In this document: in pieces, positions 14,701-27,905 of the stretch
Numbering within the stretch: the stretch's first letter is position 1
Layout of the letters: each line of letters starts with the position of its first letter
Assembly (NCBI RefSeq): GCF_009914755.1
Contig: NC_060926.1
DNA length: 64,000 nt
Source: the human T2T-CHM13v2.0 reference genome, Homo sapiens
Reading direction: 5' to 3' (one strand)
Translations under genes and position numbers: made by a program
The notes under the pieces: generated by a model
What the model was told of the DNA's origin: nothing
Database searches by the model: none
The model's input: the letters and a program-made list of their open reading frames with translations, nothing else

Positions 14701-15221
14701 TTTCATTAATTTCTACTCAATCCTTATTTTTTCCTTTCTTCTGCTACCTTTGAGATTAGTTTATTTTTTTACTAGCTCCTTGAGATATAAAACTAGACTG
14801 TTTATTTGAGATTTTTCTGCATTTCTTAATATAGGCATTTGTGGTTTTAAGCTTTCCTTTTATAACTGCTATTGCTGCATTGAACAACTTTAATATGCTG
14901 TGTTTCCATTTTCATTTTTTTCAAAATATTTTTAAATTTCCATTTTGATCTCTTCTTTTACTCTTTGATTGTTCTGGAGTGTGTTTAATTTCCACACATA
15001 TGTGAATTTTTCAATTTTCCTCCTGTTATTAATTTACACTCACTTTCAATGAACAACACATACAGATGTTGAGATCCTTTTTTCCCGATGTTAGGTTTGT
15101 TCAGATCATATTTATTGGAATGTAATTTAATGTGTGTGCTTATGTCTTAATAAAACTTTAATTTTTCCAGTAATTCATTTTTTACTGAATTTCACAAAAG
15201 AATCTTATATTTGAGGCACTG
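11749..15221 (+). mobile_element. hAT-Charlie DNA transposon fossil (Charlie7-like) with decayed transposase, split by an L1
   Basis: Inverted termini CAGTGCC (11749) and GGCACTG (ending 15221); 8-bp flanks gtctaata and ctgtaata match 6/8. ~12270-12303 translates as YAEVKWLSRGK (hAT 'EVRWLSRG' motif). ~12850-13060 resembles the hAT dimerisation domain (EYPE..ETALKFLL..TGFS..KKQAH). Frameshifted. Confidence 0.85.
13192..15035 (-). mobile_element. L1M ORF2 internal fragment inside the Charlie element
   Basis: Antisense ORF2, e.g. 'ttggtatcagtgtaatgctggcctcataaaatgagtttggaagtgttccctcc'. ORF 13155..13373 has L1-like '[12 protein letters not shown]'. Confidence 0.92.
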
Positions 15222-15760
15222 CTGTAATAATTTTCATGGAACAGAGGGAGAAAGGATGATGGAGGGATGGCAGGTGAGATCGCATGAAATTAAGTGAATT
15301 TTTGGAGACTGCAGTTCTGAAAATACCTCTACTCTATCCTCTTACTGTCTTGATATTTGTCAAGGTACAGAATTCTAGGAGAAAATAATTTTTCTTGAAG
15401 ATTTTGAAGTGATTGTTTTATTTATTTATTTCGTATTTTTCCCCCCTATGGTGCTCTTAAAAAATCTAAAGACAGTCTGATTCTGAGCTTATATATTTCC
15501 TTGTTATTTATGTCTTCTTTTTCTTTCTTTGAAAATGTTTAAAATCTCTATTCTAAAATTTCATAATGATGTGCACTGGAGTGGGCTTTTTAAAATTCAC
15601 TGTGCAAATCAATTGGTGGATCTTTTCATTCCAGAAATGCATGTTCCTTGTTTATAGTTTCTACCTGCCTGTTTGAATCTTTGAATCTTTTACATCACAA
15701 ACTCCCAACATATGTTTGATGATATTTAGCTATCCAGTCACATTTGAGAGGCAGAGATTT
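15222..15760 (-). mobile_element. HAL1-like fragment (right part)
   Basis: 'ctgaaaatacctctactctatcctc...ggtacagaattctaggagaaaataatttttcttgaagattttgaag'. Confidence 0.6.
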
Positions 15761-15829
15761 TTAAAAATTTGATTCAATGGTTTAAAACTATCTCAGCATC
15801 CTAGGAACCTAATGGACTATCCTAAATCT

Positions 15830-16760
15830 AATAATATCTATTTTAAAACCTAAGCAAACTTTATACTTATTGATAAAATATTGCAAATATTCCCCTTGAT
15901 ATTGAGAATGAGACAAGGACGCCGATTGTCACCACTTCTATTCAAAAATATGCTACAGGCTCTGGGCAGTGCAAAAAGACAAGAATACCAAACCAAAGTC
16001 ATGGGGACTAGAAATGAAGAAATAAAATAAAGCCATGATTATTCATGCATAACATGGATGTGTAAATTAAAAAGATTAAGTGAATCTTCAGACAAACACC
16101 TAAAATAAATAAGTAAATCTACTAAGATACTAGATACAAGGTCAATATAAAAAAGCACAATGTATCTCTATATACCACACGGAAAAACTAAAAAATGATA
16201 TTTAAAATTTAAAAAATTCATAAAAACTTAAAAAAATTGACTGGAAATAAATTTAAGAAAAGGTATGTGGGATTCCCTCACTGGAAATTATAAAACATTA
16301 TTGTGAGAAATTAATGAAGTCCCATATAAGTGGAGTGATATTCTATGTTCTTGGATTGGAAAACTCAATGTTGTAAAGGTCCAAATATAACTAGGGCCAT
16401 CCAGAAAAGAACAAATTTAGTAGACTAACACTACTATGCATTGATAATTATTTTAAAGCTGTCTATTTACTTAATTTATAATAATTAAGACAATGTAGCA
16501 CTGAAACAAGGCTAGACAGACTAATGGAACAGAACAGAGTCCTAAGACAGACTTGTAGCTATATGTCACCTTAATTATTACAAAGGTGACACAGCAGAAC
16601 AGTGGGAAGGGGTTGGCATTAATTTAAAAATAATGGTGCACCAACTGGATATACTTACTGGGAAAAAACATGTCTTCACCCTCTAGTCTTATATCATAAA
16701 CAAAAATGCAATTCTAGATTGTTTTGTGAAAATCTCATAAGAACATAAATTGAAAATTCT
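15830..16760 (+). mobile_element. Old L1M ORF2 fragment
   Basis: 'gagacaaggacgccgattgtcaccacttctattcaa' (RT '[11 protein letters not shown]' region) and 'atgttcttggattggaaaactcaatgttgtaaag'. Confidence 0.8.
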
Positions 16761-16799
16761 AAAACCAACTTAATTTTACATATTGTTGACAGTAACAAA

Positions 16800-16910
16800 A
16801 ACACTTTTACATATTATTTCATTTTATTTTTATGCAAACCCAGCGAGGGATGTATCGTAGCTATTCTTATCTCCATTCCACAAATGAGGAAACTAAATTT
16901 TAAGGAAGAC
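16800..16910 (-). mobile_element. MIR fragment
   Basis: Core 'atctccattccacaaatgaggaaactaa'. Confidence 0.6.
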
Positions 16911-17964
16911 ACTTGTTGAAAATTAGTCTTAAATGAATGAAAAAGAGTGTCACCCTGTCCAATCGCAATAAGCTTAGAGAAAAAGAGAAACCAGCAGATT
17001 CAAATAATTTGCCTACATCTAAACCCTGTGCTTCCATTTCTTCTTTCGTAGTATGTTGAAAAAGGTTATAATAGAAATAGTATGATAAATGTGAACATGT
17101 CTCCTATAATGCCTCCCACTTAGCAGCCACTTAATAAATGTCCTCATCTGATCTTAGCCCATCCTGAAGTCCGGTGGCCAGTCAGGAGTTTAGATAGCCC
17201 CAGAAAAAATGTCTCCAGTGCAAGGCAACATTCCCTGCTGCTTCTGATAAATGATACTGATAAGGCTCAAGAAACTATTTTTAGTGAAATTGGCCACCTG
17301 TGCAACGTGAAACTTGTCACTTATCAAGCAGCAAAATGGAAAGTTGTTAGAAGGTGACAGGATATTTTATAGAACCAAATGTTCCAATTTTCAACACATT
17401 TCACAAAGTGTTTTCTTCAGGTGTCTTCATTTTTTTGTGTGTCTGGGTCTAATTTTTAAAAAATGTGTCCTTGTCGCTTTTGCTCTGGCTTAGACTTCAG
17501 AGCTTCTCAGCTTCCTCTCCTGACCTTCCAGTGACAGCGTCATCATTGTCCTAAGACTGTGATTAGGACTCGTGATGTTTGCATGACAGACCATCCCAGG
17601 GGAGGGACGCTCACTTGTTCCAGAGCATTTATTCTACTTCAGTGAACATGACCAAGAATGACTTCAGAGCAGAGCTGACCATTACCTAGAAGTGTTGACT
17701 TATTTTTAAATGGGAGGGAAAAAAAGAAAGCTTTTTTCCCCTTAAACTCATCACATGAAAATCGTCTGTATACAGATAAGTCTGGGGCATTTTCTGGAGA
17801 TGTATAGATCATAAAATCATTAAATTTAAAGATTGCAAATGACTTTAAGAAATTTCTAGTTCAAATTTGCAAACTCAAATGCCTATGAGAGCCAAACAAG
17901 TGACATGAGTGAAGCCAAGTGTGTGACAATCACAGCTTTCTGGGAGTTGTTGTGCACAAAATGC

Positions 17965-18240
17965 CCAGCATAGCCTTCTTTATTAACAGAAATCTTATTT
18001 CACTTAACACAACTACTTAGTTAAAATATTCCCCTCTTGCAGCTATGGCAGTCATGTGACATGGTCCTGACCAATTTAGGAGTCTGCAGGGTAGACCTAC
18101 TTGGAAAACAGTGGTTTTCCAGACAGAAAGGACAGACCCAGCAGGCACATGGCTTTTGCCTTTTGCCCGTTTTTATCTAGAATATAGTTATGACGCCCGG
18201 AAGCAGGGCAGCCATATTGTAGACTTGGGGCCAAAAGCCA
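17965..18240. mobile_element. Old ERVL-class LTR fragment (LTR33-like)
   Basis: 'cctcttgcagctatggcagtcatgtgacatggtcctgaccaat' and 'ggcagccatattg'. Confidence 0.5.
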
Positions 18241-18254
18241 GAAACAAACACAGG

Positions 18255-18500
18255 CAACAAATAGTTTTTCAGTATTTACTATGTGGCAAGCACTAAGGAG
18301 ACAGCAGAACTCTATTCTGATAGACCTTCAATTCCAAGGGTTAGTGAGGAACAGTCAATAAGAATGCCAGGTACTGAGTTCTTTGAAGAAACAAAAAGTG
18401 AGATGAGAGGGTAGAAATTGATGTGGGTGTGATAGTAAGTTAGGTAGGTGGGAACAGGGGAAAATCTCTCTGATAGGGTGGCGTTTGAAGCAGAGACTCC
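18255..18500 (-). mobile_element. LINE-2 3' fragment
   Basis: 'caacaaatag..tttactatgtggcaagcact' and 'ctctctgatagggtggcgtttgaagcagagac'. Confidence 0.65.
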
Positions 18501-19159
18501 TTAAGATGTGGCAAAGATCCCCGGGCCTGTATTCCTGACAGCTCTGAGGAAAACAGGGGTTGTGACTCACTATGTTTGAGAAACCCTGAATAAAACACCC
18601 TTGAATACCCTGAATGGGGAGGAAGTCATAGTGTATACTAGTATATAAAAGACTCTAAGTCATGCTGAGGAGAAAAAAACATATTTGACTTTGTTTAATA
18701 TAGAATTTCCCAGAGATTCATTGGCCCTAGAACACTTTGTTGGGGATAGGTCTACCAGTCACCTCTGGAGAAGTTCCAAGTCATAGTCTTTGGGAAATGC
18801 TGCCTATGATTAGCATAGGAGGGAAACAATCACTATTGTTGAGGCCCTCTCAGGAATTAAGTGAAGCTGACTGATTTGTTTTTAAGTTCTTATACATAAA
18901 CATTTTTATTCAAATAAAGTTAAGGTCCCATTTCATGGAGTTCCGTTATTTAGCAAACAAAAATAGGCAAACCAAGAAAAAAAAATTAAATGAAAGCTAG
19001 TGATACTGTGGTAAATGTAAGACATGTACGGAGTTAATCATGGTAGGAAAAAAAAACTACTAAAATGTCTAATATTTCAGGGAGAATAATACTGCTCCCT
19101 AATTGTCCACAAATATTCTGCATTCATATCCTCCACTGCATTTTCTATTCTTCCAATTT

Positions 19160-19535
19160 TCAGGGGAAGATCGACAGGTTTGACTACATAAAAAGTACAA
19201 TTTCTCCATGATGAAATGCATTTTAAATAAAGTCAAATGACAATATGGGGAATCATTTGCAACATGTTTGAAAGATAAAGGCCTAATACCTTTAGTATGA
19301 AAATATACTTTTATAAATCAGTTTGTAAAAATATAAACCCAGATTAGAAAGAAAAACGGCCTACAAATATAAATATTCAATCCACACAGGAAAATATAAG
19401 TATCCTATAAACACAAGGCAAAATTTCAAACTCACTAGTAATTAAATATAACATTTTTAAGATGAGATATTAATTTTAGTCCATCAGATTGCCAATGATG
19501 ACAAAGAAGAATTATGTCTAGTGTGGGTAAAGATC
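19160..19535 (+). mobile_element. Old L1ME fragment
   Basis: 'tttgactacataaaaa', 'atttgcaacatgtttgaaagataaaggcctaatac' and 'aactcactagtaatt'. Confidence 0.7.
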
Positions 19536-19959
19536 TATATTTTCTCATTTGTCTCTAAACATGTGTTCTTTATATATATACACACACACACACACATATA
19601 CATATATGTGTGTATTCATATAGCTTTTTAAATATGTGAATATTATAAAACGTAAACACCAGCAAAATCTATAAATGTTTATAGGAAATTAGAACTAATG
19701 AATTAGCACCTTTGACATTAAAAAGTGATTTTTTTGCATTCAGATAACCTGTCCATCCATATGAAAAAAAAAAAAAGATTGTTGAATACAAGAGCAAGAA
19801 CTGTAAATTTTCCAGTGAATTTTGTTTGCTTATGGAGCCAAGGTCAATGGGAGTAAAGTGATTAAAAACCATGCCCAGGAAATGATTCTTCTGTTCAATA
19901 TGCACTAAGGGAGCATAATAGTGGATTTAAATTCACCTATATCTTTATATTTATTTCAG

Positions 19960-20840
19960 TACCAGACTTTTCTGACTACCATGGCTTTTCAATGAATTTT
20001 AAAATTTCCTTCAACATTCATATTTTTCAGATGTTTCTGTATAATCAGATATTTTCTTTTCCACATCAACTTTAGAATCTGTTGATCACATTCTAGAAAA
20101 TAAACAAAATATCTTTAGATTTTCATTAGGATTGACTTAACATAGATTCATTAAAAAATTTGACATCTTTGGAAAACCGACTGTCCATATTTTAAGTCTT
20201 ATTTTATGTACTTCAAGAAAATATTTATAGTTTTATTCACGAAGGTGTCATGTGTTTCTTGCTCTTCTTAGAACATTTTATTTTTGTTTCCAATATATTT
20301 CAATGGATTATTGTCAAAATAAAAATAGTTTTGTAAATTAATTTTTAAATGGCTTATTTTTGCTGAACTCTGAGTAGTTCTAACACCCCTCCCTCCACCT
20401 GGTTGTCTTGGGATCTATAGACATAGAATCAAAAAATAAAATACTGACAATTGTACCTTATTTTTTTCTGTCCTTATACCACTTCCTTTTTTTATTCTTT
20501 TTTAATGGACTGGTGAGCTTTTGAAGAATGATGTTAAAAAACGATGATGAGAGTAAATTCACATTTTGTTCTTTATTTTATAATAATCCTTCTAGTGTGA
20601 TGTAAGACATTAGTTGAATTTTATTAGTTTTATCCTATTAAGAAAAATAGACCACTTTAATAAGTTTCAACTGAAATGGTTATGAAATTTTATCAAATTT
20701 CTTTATTGAGTTACATATTTTTCTTCTTCATCCTATTAATATGATGAGTTATGTAAGTAGATAAGCAGATTTCCTAATAGTAAAACATTTTTGCATTCTT
20801 GAATGAACTTTACATAATCATATTTTATGCTATTTCAGTG
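19960..20840 (-). mobile_element. Old L1M fragment
   Basis: Degenerate antisense ORF2: 'ttccacatcaactttagaatc', 'gattttcattaggattgac', 'gaaattttatcaaat'. Confidence 0.6.
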
Positions 20841-23800
20841 TAATACTGTATTATAATTTCTACAGGTATATTAATATTAGAATATATGTTCCTTGCATTG
20901 TTTATACAGCACTGTGTTTAAATGCCCAGAATGTTGTATGGAATACTAAATGATTTTTTTTTTAATGATGCTTATAATGAAACTTCGGGACATTGAAAGA
21001 TTTACCCTGGTAAGATCATAAATTGGCAGTAGCATCTTTTTCTATCGGCAAGTTCCTATAAGTCTTGGTTCATGCCTTTGCTCTCTGACCACACATTTCA
21101 GATGGAGTCTCTGTAATACAAATTAATCATGTATTTAGGATAATGCGAGATCTCCTAGATATCAATGAACTATTCAATTGATACTGATCTTTTCCTTCCC
21201 AAATTATCTTGGAAGCTGCCAGCAATAAATTTAAAGGAGAACACAGTGGAGCTATTGCTCAATATAGACACATATAAACATTTTTTACAAACTATTCTGA
21301 ACAATGAAGAAAAGAAAGTTGGCAGACAACCAAGGCATTGTGTTCCAGAGCCAAGAATGTGATTCTGGAACTTTTCCATTGTGAATTTCACTTCAGAGTA
21401 ATTTGTACTATTTGGAAAGCAGACCATAAAACTCTATGTGGGAACAGGTTATTTGAGGTAATTCCTCTGTCAAATGAGAACAATATTAATAATCTTAGGC
21501 CCATAGGAGGTCATGTATTACTAGTTATTAAGGCTAATACAAAAGTAAAAGGTTGTTTCACATTTCTGTGTATTTGTGTATATTGTATATGTGTACATAC
21601 GTGTTTATATATGTGTATATTATATATATATATAATAATGTGTTATATGATTCAGTGACATAAAGACACTTTATGTAATCTTAAAATATCCTGCTAATAA
21701 TATGCTAATGGTGTGGGTAAAGAATAAATAACAACTCCTCCTTATCTTAGAAATATATTTTTAATAGGCATATTGACTGTTCATATTCAGATTCTACTGC
21801 AGAAAAGCCCTGCCTACAAAAGATGAAATGAAGAGAGTTTAAATGAGAGACAAGATTTTAAATAAGGAAATTTACAATTGTATCTATCTGAAATTGCATT
21901 TTGTCACTGTGGATTCTTGGGACCTAATAGTTTTTTATTGAGTAGTAGGTGTTCTCATTTCTAATCATGTCTTTTAGCTGCATTTTGAAGGTTGAGGTGA
22001 GGTTAAAATGTGGGCTGGCAACTATAAACAAGTTGGGTGACAATAAGTGCAGGCTTCTGCCAAAGCTGCTTTCAGCAAAATTGTAAAGCAAGTAAGTTTG
22101 TCTCTACTCAGTGTCTGTCTCCTTCTGTGTCCTTGAACCTCTTCTGTGGCACCATCACCTGCACCTGCACTTCAAGTGGTTAAGTTCTCTCCCTGAACCT
22201 TTTACTGTCTTATCAAAACCACCCAGATTCTTCATTCAGAAGATGAGGATGCAGTCCAATTTAATGAGGCTACCTCCTAGGCAAGCAACACCTGAAGTTG
22301 CTATTAATCATGGTCACACTCTGCAGTAACAATGGTGCTATCTCTGCAAAGTAAATACATTCATTGTTGTGTTTTTTGTTTTTGCAAAACAAGAAAAAGG
22401 ATGCTCTTGCATTTTAACAGGACTTGAAACCATACATTAAAAAAGGGTAACTTAAGTGAAGAAAACAGAGGGTCAACCCGACATGTAGACATGTTTCTGA
22501 AGAGGCAGGAGTAGAGAGAGTTTGGGAGAGGGGCAGGAATCAGAACCTTCTAGAATCTTTCAAAACCCATCACATGTTAATGACTTTACCTGCCTATTTT
22601 CAAGAGTTTAGATCTATATTGTCTGTTTTCTTTAGTTTTCTCAAGTGTGATAAAGATATAGGTGTCTCAAGAACAAAATGATAACTATAGCTCCAGCTAA
22701 ACCTCAAAAAATCGATAGGAATTTTTTTTCTATCTCCTGGGTAGAATTGGTTAACATTTCTGAGTATCCCAGAAACAAATCTTCTACTCATGATTAGGAT
22801 GAGAAAGCTAATATATATTTGTTGCTTTATTTAATACAGAAAATGGCCAAATATTTCATATCAGTTCTTTGTATTTTCTTGAAGAGACAATTACATTTTT
22901 CTAACATTTTGACAATTTTGCCACTCTTGAGAAGATTGAAAAACATAACAAAAAACAATGTATTGAAATTATATAATCAAAATGTTTCAGCCCCAAAAGG
23001 TACAATATTTCATCTATCTTTTCTCCCCAATAAAGTGGGGGCAAATATTCTTCCCACTAGTAGAGTAGCAGAAATTATTAACAAGTACAGAATGTGGAAC
23101 GTGGAAAGGATTTCTTGTAAAGAAACAGTAGATTCAAGCTAGCATCGGGGGTAAGAAGAGGGAGGACATTATAAGAGGCTTAATTTTAACAGGCTTAGAT
23201 GGGAACTGTGAGAATAGTTTTCAAAGGCTAGTTAGGACTAGTTTTGGGGAAAGTTGATTACCAGTCCAGCTGAAAGATTGTGAGAAAGAAATTCATAATA
23301 AAACTGAAAATAAAAAATATCACAAGCTATAAAAAATCAAATTAAGAATTCCAAATATTTTCAAACGTAAGTATTACCCAAATAACATATTATTCATAAA
23401 TTGATACTTGGGGTTATACCACGAACAAATTTGATGTTTCATCTGAAACCACAGCATATTTCTGTAGCATTCATCTTAATTCCCAGTCTCTCTTACAGCC
23501 CCATTTTCTATTTTCATCTTTATTTGATCAATCTGGCATTTGTCTGGCCTGTCATTTTAAATGGATAAATACTACAGACATCTGTGATTGGCTTAAGAAT
23601 AGTGAGAAAGAAGGACTCAATTCATTTCGGGATCTCTGGCTAAAATGTCATTTTTGTGGCATTAGTCAGTCAAGAGCTTTTAAGGAAAAGAATCTATTCT
23701 CAACGCAATACTAACTGATTAATCTCCATCACTGGAATTTTTCAGGAATGAGATGCAGAAAAGACAGCCACATTACCTAGTGTTCCCTCAAGATCTTAAA

Positions 23801-24142
23801 GAAAAAGCAATTTCACTTTGGGATAAGAGAAACAGAGAATAAATTTGCCTACATTCCTATTACTAAATGTTAATTATTAAAGTTTGGAGGCTATGGTTGC
23901 TATCACAATAGAGAATTTGGAGGGAGAAAATGTGAGAAGGAACAGAAGCTCTCCTCAATAAATAGGCAGGGGATGTTTATGAAAGATATTCTAGCCTAAG
24001 ACAAATATGGTTTTCTCAAAAAAGCTAAATCTGTGCTCAAACCATGAGAAAGTTGAAAGTGTCCCAAATGGTGATAGTGGGAAAAAAGTGGGGGATGGTG
24101 GGAAAAAAGTGAGTTGAGCAGAATGGAAGAATAGAGCTGAAC

Positions 24143-24145
<3 letters not shown>

Positions 24146-24191
<46 letters not shown>

Positions 24192-24214
24192 TGTGTGTAT
24201 GTGTGTGTGTGTGT
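24146..24214. repeat. (TG)n microsatellite
   Basis: ~34 units with two interruptions. Confidence 0.97.
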
Positions 24215-24594
24215 TTCATTTTATTCTTTCCCATTTTATTTTATTTAGATTCACTTGGGATTTTCCCCTTATAATGCATACTTTAGGGAGTTTTCTTAAA
24301 TGCTCACTATGGTTAGGATGTGCTGTTCTTCAAGCTTAAAAGTTCTTAGAGCCGAGTGGGAGGCCATGATGCAGAATAGAGTAACTATCAAAGGGCATGT
24401 CCCATTGAGATGGCATTTATAATTTTCACCAAGAGACAGGCTCCACTCTCCTCTCCATTTTCTCCTTCATGTTCTGAATTCAAACAAGAATTATAGTAAG
24501 AATATTTATCTTTCTTTAATGCAAATGTCAGTTGACAATGTGAAAGAAAGTAATTTCTATATAATGACATCCAGCTTAGTTAATCTAGTAAGCT

Positions 24595-24823
24595 AAGGAA
24601 CCAGACAGACCCGGAAAATCCAAACTCTACTCTTTACCAGCTGTGTGACTTTGGACAAATTACTCAACATCTCTGTGCCACAGCAGCTCATTTGTAAAGT
24701 GAAAATAATGATACTTGTCTCATATGGCTGTGGTGAGTATTAAATAACTAGCAGACCTGTGCTTGGCACAGAAGTTGGCACATCCTAAGTGATCAATAAA
24801 TGTAAGCTATCAGTATTATTATT
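24595..24823 (+). mobile_element. MIR
   Basis: 'accagctgtgtgactttggacaaattactcaacatctctgtgcc...catttgtaaagtgaaaataatg...tcaataaatgtaagctat'. Confidence 0.85.
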
Positions 24824-26458
24824 TTGGAATTTATATGTGATTTTGATTATTAGAGTCAGTAGTGCTAGAACAAGCCAGTAATGCTTACCTTTTTAAGGAA
24901 CTTAGAATATTTCAGCAATAGGAATTTCTTAATCCTAAGTGATTTTCATTTAATTGTGAAATATGAACTTGTTTTTTTCCAGTGGAATGCAATTAAAATT
25001 CACATTATAAACATATTTTTTTTTGTTCAGGGCTTAATAAAAATCTTCCTAGTGTTATAAATCTCACCTTGGAATTTCGAGTTCCAATTTGCACAAACCA
25101 ATCAAAAAGCAATTATCATAAACAGCCAATCAACAGTACGAACTAAAATAAATCACCTATCACCCAGTTATGAGTGGGTGATAGATAATTTTCTCTAAAA
25201 AAGTCTTGCATTTATTTTTATCATTCTGTTATAAGATAAAGCAGTTACAACAAAATGTAGAGTGTAGATAGAATATTTTCCTAATATTCACTAAAATAAA
25301 ATAACAAAGAAGCATTTTGATATTTCGTATGTGCTTCATTTGCAGTAAAAGCTCAGTTATTTTTAATATACCATCTCTGGCTTGCTAGAATGTTTCCAAA
25401 ATTGTTATCTCCAGAATTTTCAATAAGAGCTTTGACACAACTGAGATGTATATCTGAATTTTTTTTTCTTGTCTGGAACATAAGAGAAACACACTGTTTA
25501 TTCAAAGAACAAATAAGTGAATGAGTGAATGAATGAGTACTTTCTTCTAATGTTTAAGGCCTGTTTAAGTTTCAAAATTGTCACCTTCCTAATTCTTGCC
25601 CACAAGTGGTCCCAGAGACATAAAATGTTTTCATGCTCGAGGGAAAAAGAAAAGATAACTTTTTAAAAATAATCTACGCAGATCCACACTGCAGTGGTCA
25701 TCAGAACATAGGCATTCTCCGAGGCCACCTTTTCCCATCCTCTTCCTTCACTCCCCACCTCCTGCAGGCCTCAGCTATGTTGTGCTACCTTCCTTTCCTT
25801 CCTCTTCCTCAAGGGGGCGCTCCAGACTCTAGACGGCTCAGCTTCAGCTTCACCTCCATACAACACCCCGAGTCTTCACCATCTTCTAATTACGCTGTCT
25901 GGAATGACTGAAAAAAAACTCTATATGCAACCCCAAAGTCACACCATAGGAGGAAACATTCAGAAGTACATACATGATACAATTTGGCATGAAGTGAATG
26001 GCAGTGGCTGAGGGTGTGGGGGGTAGATTATGATACAGTCAGCATTTCCTCAGTGTCTCTCTGCGGTATTTAAATATATAGTTTGTTCCATTTTCTTCAC
26101 TTAAATATTTCACCCCTTAGCTAGTTGTTACGTATATTTTATTTATTCATCTCGATAAAGGATAGGATCCTCAGGCCGACATTTCCTTTAATAATAATAA
26201 AAGGGCTGGGGCTTGTTACCTCACTCCTGGTGCTCTCTCTAGAGGTTCCTTACACAAAGGACAAAAATGGCCAAGTGGAAAATGAAGTGCAGTTTACCGG
26301 AGTTACTGAACACTCTATAACGCTCCTCATGCAGGGCTTCTCTGGAAACCACTGCTGAATTGCAGGACTCAGGCTGAATTTCAAAGAGCTGTTTTTCACC
26401 GTGTCTGTGAATCTAGGATGGCTGTCCTGTGGGTGAGGCTCTGGGTCCAGTTACAGAG

Positions 26459-26538
26459 TGAGTCACATGGATAAAGATGGCGAGCCTGGCCTAGGGCCCA
26501 TGTCCTGCCCCTGGAGCACCTAGGGCGGGGAGGGAGGG
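26459..26538. promoter_or_regulatory. Candidate regulatory element: AP-1, E-box and GC-box/G-quadruplex motif
   Basis: TGAGTCA 26459-26465 overlapping CACATG; GGGCGGGGAGGGAGGG at 26523-26538; locally GC-richer unique DNA. Confidence 0.35.
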
Positions 26539-26714
26539 AAGCAGAGGGCACTTACAGCCCAGATGTTTGAAGTGATGAGAGACTTGCCTGGTGTATCTCC
26601 TGATACTGACAGCGTAACAGTCCTTCCAGAAACCTGGGTTTGTGCCCATAAAACTTTCTCCATAGGCAAGAATAGCCAGATGAGATTGGAGAGGGGCATC
26701 CTTCCCTCCCAGCT

Positions 26715-26960
26715 TACAATTGTCGACTGCTTACCAAGTGTCAAGCATTACTCTAATCAATATATCTACATTGCTTCATTTAATTTTCATAACAATCCTG
26801 ATAGATAAATACTACTATTGTGTCCATTTTACAGATGCAGAAGTTGAGATTTAGGGGAGTTAAAAAACTTGACTAGAGTCGTAAAGCTGCCAGCAAACAG
26901 AACTGGCTTTCTCATCCAAGTCTGACTGGTGGAGTCTGCCACTTCTAGACATTATGCTAG
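26715..26960 (-). mobile_element. MIR
   Basis: 'catttaattttcataacaatcctg...ccattttacagatgcagaagttgagatttagg'. Confidence 0.85.
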
Positions 26961-27054
26961 ATACCCTGTTTGGCAAATGGTTGTCAAGTATCTATGTTCC
27001 ATGTGAACTCATTTTGAAAATTTCCACTGTGTCTACCCTGGCAAATCTACTGCT

Positions 27055-27190
27055 TTATTTCATCATTCAACAAATAAATTTATTAAAGACCTCCTCTTTG
27101 CCAATTACCATGTGAGGCCCTGGGGAACCAAGATTGAGCAAGAGAGAAAAGGGCCCTGTCCACGTTGAAGCATGCCCATCTGGGAAGATG
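27055..27190 (-). mobile_element. LINE-2 3' end
   Basis: 'cattcaacaaataaatttattaaagacctcctctttgcca...ccctggggaacc'. Confidence 0.7.
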
Positions 27191-27520
27191 GAAAACCCAA
27201 TCAAATAAAATGATAGTGTCTAACAATACTTTCCCCTATATTGGGAAAGCACAAGTACCATTGGGCACTTAGCAACCATCTCTATATCAATCTACAGTGC
27301 TTGGAATTTATAATTCTTAAGATGCATAGAATATTGTTTTCTTAACACTGAACTTACTGTGCTAGGTAGTGAAAGGACATAAAGATAGCCTCTCCTCTAC
27401 AGAAAACAAAACTTAGTTGGCGAAAGAGAAACCAACCAAATGGTTAATGGGAAGAGAAAAAAGGAATCCTTGATTCTATAAGTAGGAATTGAAGGCTCTT
27501 TAGGACAACTAACTTCTTAA

Positions 27521-27905
<385 letters not shown>

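Noticed and set aside
17860-18805. Two possible hAT MITE remnants (~17860-17940 and ~18570-18805)
   Set aside because: They resemble MER-type elements, but I could not fix family or boundaries well enough to list them.
24070-24112. 21-bp-period repeat rich in G runs (gtgggaaaaaagtg twice) as a G-quadruplex
   Set aside because: Only three G-tracts of 3 or more; a simple small duplication.
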